A stretch of 63,760 nt of DNA, the filler included, from Pelomyxa schiedti (taxonomy: Eukaryota > Protista > Evosea), in NCBI GenBank assembly GCA_020536535.1. It is 15 parts of 15 records of this genome, joined end to end, with 100 filler letters (N's around TTAATTAATTAA, not from the genome) between each part and the next. Parts side by side here need not be neighbours in the genome. Positions count along the whole stretch, not along the records: positions 56,995 to 61,108 come from JAHLWZ010001642.1; positions 61,209 to 62,615 come from JAHLWZ010002530.1; positions 62,716 to 63,760 come from JAHLWZ010002942.1; 12 more parts are not named here. One strand, given 5' to 3'. A program made the position numbers and the translations under genes. The notes beneath the pieces are model-generated. The model ran no database searches. It had not been told where the DNA came from and worked only from the letters and a program-made list of their open reading frames with translations. Below are positions 57,716-63,760 of the stretch, piece by piece (within the stretch, counting starts at the first letter, position 1; the number at the start of each line of letters is the position of its first letter).

Positions 57716-57825
57716 CTGACCGAATAAAAGGAATAACACAAAAACTTACATAACACCAGACCGCCGATCCTGAGCGACGATAACGAAATGACAGCGTCCC
57801 GGTCTGTTGATTATTTTATTCTGCC
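57716..57825. mobile_element. Second MITE copy (right TIR intact, left TIR degraded)
   Basis: About 70 bp nearly identical to 13216-13288 (CCAGACCGCCGATCCTGAGCGACGATAACGAAATGACAGCGTCCCGGTCTGTTGATTATTTTATTCTGCC), followed by AATT. Confidence 0.75.
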
Positions 57826-57915
57826 AATTGTTGGTACAGTTACCACTAATACTGGACGTATTAATTTTATAGGGTCACACACACGAGCAGCAGCACCACC
57901 AGCACGTCGGCAACG

Positions 57916-60791
57916 ATGACGAGGTCCGCTAATGTAATAATCAAAGCGCCAGTACCGCACCCAATGGCCCCTTTGGTACAACAGCAGCAGCAACGACAAC
58001 AAATGGGACTTATGCCAACACCTTCCTGTATGAACTCCTCAACTGGTTACCCACTTTTGCCGTCAGGGGTTCCGGTATGATGCCAATGGTGCCTATGATG
58101 GGGGGACTCCCTATGGGAATGATGGGTATATGCCTGGTGGAATGCCAATGATGTTCCCGATGGGTATGCAGGGAAAGCCAATGACTCCCGGCGGTCCACC
58201 ACCACCACCACCTCCGCCTCCAGTTCCTCCACCTCCTTCACTCCCCGCCGCCGCCACCTCCTCCTCCTCCTGTGGTTTCTGTTGGTGGGTCACCTTTGGT
58301 CATCTCTGTTGTGTCTTCTCCTCCTGTTCCACCTGACAAGGCCAATATCAACCAACCTATCACTGTTTGTGTGGGCAAAATCGCGGCCAACTTGGAGGAT
58401 GACTTCATGAGAGCCCTCCTCGAGGTGAGTGCAATACATCCTTGATGACAGGATTATCTTACTACTATCCAGCTTTGCGGTGTCGTTCGAACTTGGCGCC
58501 GAGTCGTTGATCCTGCTGTCTCTGGGCAGATGAAGTGCTTTGGATTCTGTGAATTTGGACATCCTTCAAGTGCTATATAACTGCCTTAAAGATACTGAAT
58601 GGATTGGAGGTATCAGGCAGTAACCTATTGGCAAGTAATTTGTGTGGTCACCTCCGCAAAAATAGTGAGTTGTTATTTACAGGAGGCTTTTTTATTCTTT
58701 TGAACCAGTAACCCAAAAGTGATAAAATGTGGTGTGTTTGTTTTTTTATGTGGTCGATACTGTATATCCATTGCACCATCACACCATCTAAATCATAACA
58801 ACATATGTTATCACATAACTCTACCTCTTCCTCACTTCATAACTATTTCACTGTCTAAATGTACTACCAGCTTAAAGCAGATGAAAAAAATAGAGCTCTA
58901 CTTGAAGAATATGTTGCCCGCCCTAAAGATAGTACTGAACTTCTTTTTGCAACTTCTTTGTAATCCATGAAAACAGAAGCTGCAGTTGATGCAGAAGCTG
59001 CAGTTGAAGAAAAAAATTAAGCAGAAGGTCAATGCTCTTGTTTATGAACGTGCACATCGGTTGGAAATTGCACGTACCAATAAGACAGCTGCCGCGAACC
59101 TTGAAAAAGAGCTCATCGAGGTTTTTTCTATTGTCTTCCTTTGGTGTTTTGTAAAATAATTCAAAGAACTAATTCCCCAATAGGGCAAATCTTCAGGGGT
59201 ACTTTATCGCATTGGAATCTTAAGATTGCTAAAACTTCTTAGGAGCATGTTCGAGGCCCTCCTTCAACTGGTTACTCCATTTTTTCACGTATTGATAGAT
59301 TCTAACTGACATAGAAATTGACAAAGATCGATCAACTAGTTTCCAGAGAAATTCAGGCATTCAGAGAAAGAGCAAAGCGTGAAACCAAGACATCAAAACC
59401 TGAGTATTAGTCCTCACCATAGTTTTGTTTTTTTCACACAGTAATTAAATCAGCGGGGAGAAGGAAGAGGGGGAACGGGAATCATCAGATCACGAACATG
59501 GACACTCAAGAGATAGGCGTGATAGAGACAGAGATCGAGATAGATACTCAAGGCATCATAATAGGCAGTACAACAGCAGTCCGAAAGAGATAGAAGGTAT
59601 CAATAAAAGCCTATCATCAAAATAATAAGCTGCAACCAGGAGTGACAGAAGGGCTCGTGACGACTCTAGGTATGCTTTTCCTCACGTAATTTCTTTAACT
59701 GACTCTATGTAGAGAAGAAAAATCCACCAAAGATTCAAGGTGAATTGCATTGTTTGCCATTCACCTCTACTTAATTTCCTTCAGTTCTGCGGAGAAAAAT
59801 ACTACAGGATCAACAACACCTTCTTCCACTTCCACCACAACCACAACAACGTCGGGGGCAAAGACAACGCCACACAACATACTGACGAGGCAGCCCGGAT
59901 CCAGCTTCAACAAAAAGCGCGAAGTGGAGACTATGGCTCATTTGCTACAACTGGTATGGAGAAATTACTCAGGCACAGTAGTATACTTAATGACAAATAG
60001 AAATCCTTGAATTCTTCCGAAAGGGCTTGGGGTTCACACTGGGTGCAGCAAATGTAATTCAATGTTTGTTGGTGTTGTTTGTCGGATTTTGGTTGCTCAC
60101 CAATTACAAATTCCATTAAAGTATCTTCCTCTTCTCCAAGATATTCTTAGCAACCCATGGTTTAATTCTTTTGTCGATAATTTGGTGCTGTAATAACCCG
60201 TTAACTCCAGTAGATTTCAATTTACAGGTCAACCTGTTCTACTATGGCCCAATAGTTGATGGGATACATCATTAGTTCTTCTTTATCGGTAGGTATACTG
60301 TTTATCAGCTGCGCTATAGCGTCACCTTGCGGTGGAACATTATTTGAGTCGTCCAACTAGAAGCAATTAAGAAAGAAAGAAAAGGTGGTGGACAATCAAC
60401 TCGTATCAGCTCGCGCTTTCTTTTTGCAACAGGTCCGGACAAAGCTGCATCATAATCTACATAATCGTCATTGAACCCAGCAACAGGTTTCATGCGCTTG
60501 GCAGGTATAAAAGGGAAACTCCAAGAGCGCACTACATGCGAGTCTCTCCTAGAACATCTCATATCCAGTGCACTAACTGATGAAGCGGAAATGTTTGTCA
60601 TCATCAAGCTATGGAGGATGCTAATATTTGAATGCCTTCGCTTAGCGACAAAACCAAAATCCTCCCCAACTCTCGACACCCTAAACAAAACCACACATTT
60701 CCACAAGCCGCATATATATCCTCTCACACAAACCACCCTCTCTTTCTACACACACACCGCACCCTCCTCGATGGATACCCTTTTCCAGTAA
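57916..60791 (+). pseudogene. RBM25: RBM25/Snu71-like splicing factor (RRM, RD-rich, PWI) with an internal inversion and frameshifts
   Basis: RRM TVCVGKIAANLEDDFMRALLE/LCGVVRTWRRV...FGFCEF and RDRDRDR tract on plus. Pre-PWI and PWI exons lie on minus at 60001-60504. The last PWI helix LTDEAEMFVIIKLWRMLIFE is on plus at about 60570-60640. Confidence 0.85.
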
Positions 60792-61330
60792 ATCGATTCC
60801 AAAAAAGAACCAACTTTGCACCAACAAGTACGATTGGAAAAAATGGCCGGAACGACGCCAACTCCCGCAATAGAAAGAGTGTGTTTATGCTCCACCACTT
60901 CTTAATACACAAAGTCAACATAATGGTATTGGCAAATACTAACTGCAATTGCATCGGCGGTGGTGGTTGTGGGTTGCGGCCTCTTGGTTGTAAAGTCCGG
61001 GACGTGGTTCCAGTATGTGACGGGATCGGTTGAGAAACAACTTGGGACGAGTGACGGCGGTAAGTGCAAGTGCGAAGTGTGTTTGGCTCCAGCTTATCAC
61101 CCTGTTATNNNNNNNNNNNNNNNNNNNNNNNNNNNNNNNNNNNNNNNNNNNNTTAATTAATTAANNNNNNNNNNNNNNNNNNNNNNNNNNNNNNNNNNNN
61201 NNNNNNNNCCTCATGCGCCACATTCAACAGGCACAACAACAATCGTCCTTGTAGTAAAAGAAACAGATTCACTAAGCCAATAAAAACGAAAAGCACAAAA
61301 CAAACCGTAAGAAATACAAGTTAAAACTTA

Positions 61331-61403
61331 AGGCTCCAGTGGGAATCGAACCCGCGATCTTCGCTTTACGAGAGCGACGCTTTGCCAACTAAGCCATGGA
61401 GCC
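61331..61403 (-). tRNA. tRNA-Thr(CGT)
   Basis: Full cloverleaf: GGCTCCA/TGGAGCC acceptor, TCGCT CTCGTAA AGCGA anticodon arm, TTCGATT T-loop. Confidence 0.95.
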
Positions 61404-61511
61404 TTTTCTGCAGAGCAGTTCAGGGTCTGTGCATCCTTACACAGAAAAATGGAAATGAAAAGAGGATTGTAATCCTACATTAAGAAAAACCAGGGAACAG
61501 CTCTCCGGCAA

Positions 61512-61582
61512 GGCTCTGTTGTTTAGTGGCAGAATACTTGTTTAGGGTACAAGTGGCCCCGGTTCGATTCCGGGCAGAGCCC
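61512..61582 (+). tRNA. tRNA-Pro(AGG)
   Basis: GGCTCTG/CAGAGCC acceptor, CTTGT TTAGGGT ACAAG anticodon arm, CCCGG TTCGATT CCGGG T-arm. Confidence 0.95.
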
Positions 61583-61607
61583 AACTTGTGTTTTTCCTCG
61601 GAGAGTG

Positions 61608-62615
61608 TCATGGCCAAGTCCACACACCATCGAGAGCATAGATGGCTGGGAAAGGAATGGACAACACCACAACACCAGAGGATGCCTCTATCATCTTCAC
61701 CTCCTTCAGTTGTTTGGTCCCAACTGTAAAAATGAACCCTGACATTGCCCCTCCCACATAAGCATCGTTGTGAAGCACACTTGTCACTAGTGAGCTTGTG
61801 CCATTGCTGCAATCCCAGATTTGACACAGGGAATGAGTGACTCCGAGGCTAGCACAGAACCGTGAGTCACTCACATGATACAGCCCGCGCGGTTTCTCTC
61901 TGTTTTCAATCAGGACCTTCATTGCACCACTTGTTGCCTCCACCTCCATGATCTGGAGCACAGGTGGGTGTGCTGCCCTCTTTCTGCACTTGACAACAAA
62001 GCAGCGTGATCCACTCTTTCTAGTCATTGATAGCACTGACTGCAGCACAAATCCAGCTTTAAATGTGAGCCTGGTCTCACTCAACACCACGAGGCTCTTT
62101 GACTGATAAGTGCTCTCAACGTCAATCACCATGAACCTGCTCTCTGTCTCCTCCCTTCCAACCCTTCTTGACACCACAACAAGCAGTTCATTTGAATTGT
62201 ATTTGGAAAATTCCATCCATTCCAGGTAGTTCCCACCCACCATGGATTCACACTCCCTGAGTGGAACAACAGCACCAGACAGGTCAGGCTGCGGATCCAC
62301 ACGCAGGCTCATAATCATCACACTGACCATGCCCCTGCTTTCCTCCTGCACCAACAAATCATCCCCACGTTTCTCGCCCACCTCCACCACGAACCACCTC
62401 CAGTTGACTGCACTCGCCCTGCGCAGCCCCTGTGTCCCCTCAGCCTTGGCCGTCCTCGTGCTCGTCAAGCAGCAGCAGCGCCTCTCCTCCCCCCCGCCGC
62501 GCTGGTGTTTGCCGGCCACCCGCGTTGCGGATCACGGCTGGCTGCCGGAGCCAGGCTGGCCCTCGCCGCCGACGGCTGCCTCGTGCCCAGGCTCCTGTGG
62601 TCGTTCGCCGCCGAC
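61608..62615 (-). CDS. Beta-rich family protein, copy E (5'-truncated)
   Basis: NWRWFVV, MEFSKYNSNELLVVV, FMVIDVESTYQSKSLVVLSET, CQIWDCS, GFIFTV...MIEASSGVVVLSI. Confidence 0.7.
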
Positions 62616-62899
62616 NNNNNNNNNNNNNNNNNNNNNNNNNNNNNNNNNNNNNNNNNNNNTTAATTAATTAANNNNNNNNNNNNNNNNNNNNNNNNNNNNN
62701 NNNNNNNNNNNNNNNTGAGTGCATTTTCTTATACTTAGTGTCAGGCTGCAAATGTGCAGATGGGGGAATATACCTGAGGGTGGTGAAGGGATTGAACTCC
62801 TACTTGTGGAGTGGGAAGCTGTTCCATGAGAGATGGAGGTGGTGGTGTTTGGGGACTGGATTGTGGTGGAGTTGGAGGATGAGTGGTGGAGGAATAGGC

Positions 62900-63620
62900 T
62901 GTTGTTGTGTTTGAGCTGGGGTTGTTGAAAGGGTTTCAGGAACATCTGTACTTGAAGGTGGAGGATGCTGTGCAGATGAATAGTACATTGTAGAGAGAGA
63001 GCCTGTGAGGGAACAATGAAAGATTGGGAAGAAACTGAAGAAAACATTGTTGTTGCTGGATGTGGTAACACTGTGACTCTAGTGGATATCAGTCCACCAT
63101 GGATCAGGAGGCTGTTGAGACATTGGTTGCAGTCCAAACTTGCTGTGGGGCAACTTGGAGGACAGTATCCTTGAAGGATTGGTTGTGTGAAGCAATACTG
63201 TTGGCAAACAAGTGCTAGTGCTCCATCTGGGGTGAATTTGTGTATTGGTTTGGATGCTGCTGGAAAAAGCTGATTTCATCCTCTCTGATTTGGATAACTT
63301 GCCTTCATTGGTGTGAATAAGCCTTGGCAACAGTATAGCATGAATCATCTCCCAATGCAACCATTACCTGTGGAAAAGGTGTTTGAGAAGTTGTTTTGGA
63401 AATTGCTCATGACCACCATGTGTCTCCAAGCTTCCCTTTCTCTTGGATCTGGGAGATGGTTAGAAGAAGGAGTAACTGTGAAACAACAACTTTCTTTGGG
63501 ACCAAATGTGCCTGAAAAGATGCTGGCAAGTTGTGCAATCTGTCAGGTGCTTCTAGCCACTCAGCTGGTGGCACTGCAGAAAGACCCACCTTCTCCAATG
63601 TTTCTACTTGGTTAGAGAGT
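62900..63620 (-). pseudogene. Possible decayed DDE (Harbinger/IS5-like) nuclease remnant
   Basis: Stop-interrupted frame containing EAWRHMVVMSNF...GWLGDDSCY, loosely like the GSxHD...LGDxGY motifs. Weak. Confidence 0.25.
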
Positions 63621-63760
63621 ATTCAGCAGAACAAGAAGTAGCCAATGTGTAACTCAGAAGCTTATACACAGTGGAATAAAAAGAAATAAAATTGGAATGA
63701 AGCTTTGATGATGCCTCTTGGACTCATCCATCAAGAGATGATCTCCAACAAGGTGTTGTG

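Noticed and set aside
146-60791. Apparent cluster of RNA-processing genes (eIF4B, Gemin5, Acinus, PABP, RBM25)
   Set aside because: Except for Gemin5 and Acinus, they are on different contigs, so the clustering comes from concatenation.
61331-61582. Head-to-head tRNA-Thr and tRNA-Pro pair as a possible tRNA-array unit or integration hotspot
   Set aside because: There are no intervening short tandem repeats, no repeated unit and no adjacent retroelement. It looks like an ordinary tRNA pair.
3060-62715. Regularly recurring TTAATTAATTAA between N-runs, superficially like a CRISPR or recombination-site array
   Set aside because: It is an artificial six-frame-stop linker used to concatenate contigs. 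Gene adjacency across it has no biological meaning.

Overview
This is not a prokaryotic locus. It is eukaryotic nuclear DNA made of about 15 separate contigs joined by artificial N-TTAATTAATTAA-N spacers, plus three internal 100-N scaffold gaps. Genes are dense, with short (about 40-110 nt) GT-AG introns. The style and gene families suggest an amoebozoan, most likely an archamoeba such as Pelomyxa; this is inference and no database search was run. Conserved genes I recognise: eIF4B-like, GEMIN5, Acinus, PABP, RBM25 (damaged copy), a PTEN-like phosphatase with a PH domain, a BIRC6-type E2 fused to a pseudo-E2, TKL kinases (one F-box/ankyrin/kinase), a bZIP, a TRIM-like RBCC gene, an R-S-E ADP-ribosyltransferase and three tRNA-like genes. 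Five members of one lineage-specific beta-rich family are also present. Repeats and mobile DNA include a chromovirus 3' end, a pogo-like remnant, a small MITE in two copies and a roughly 4.2 kb inverted duplication. The most unusual signals are: (1) a 504-bp inverted exon block inside RBM25 with breakpoints at splice sites; (2) the MITE inserted at a start codon inside a bidirectional promoter; (3) a His-bodied tRNA with a Gln anticodon and mismatched acceptor positions 1-2. All exon boundaries and homology calls were made by eye and are approximate. The six-frame ORF track is largely spurious because the genes are spliced.
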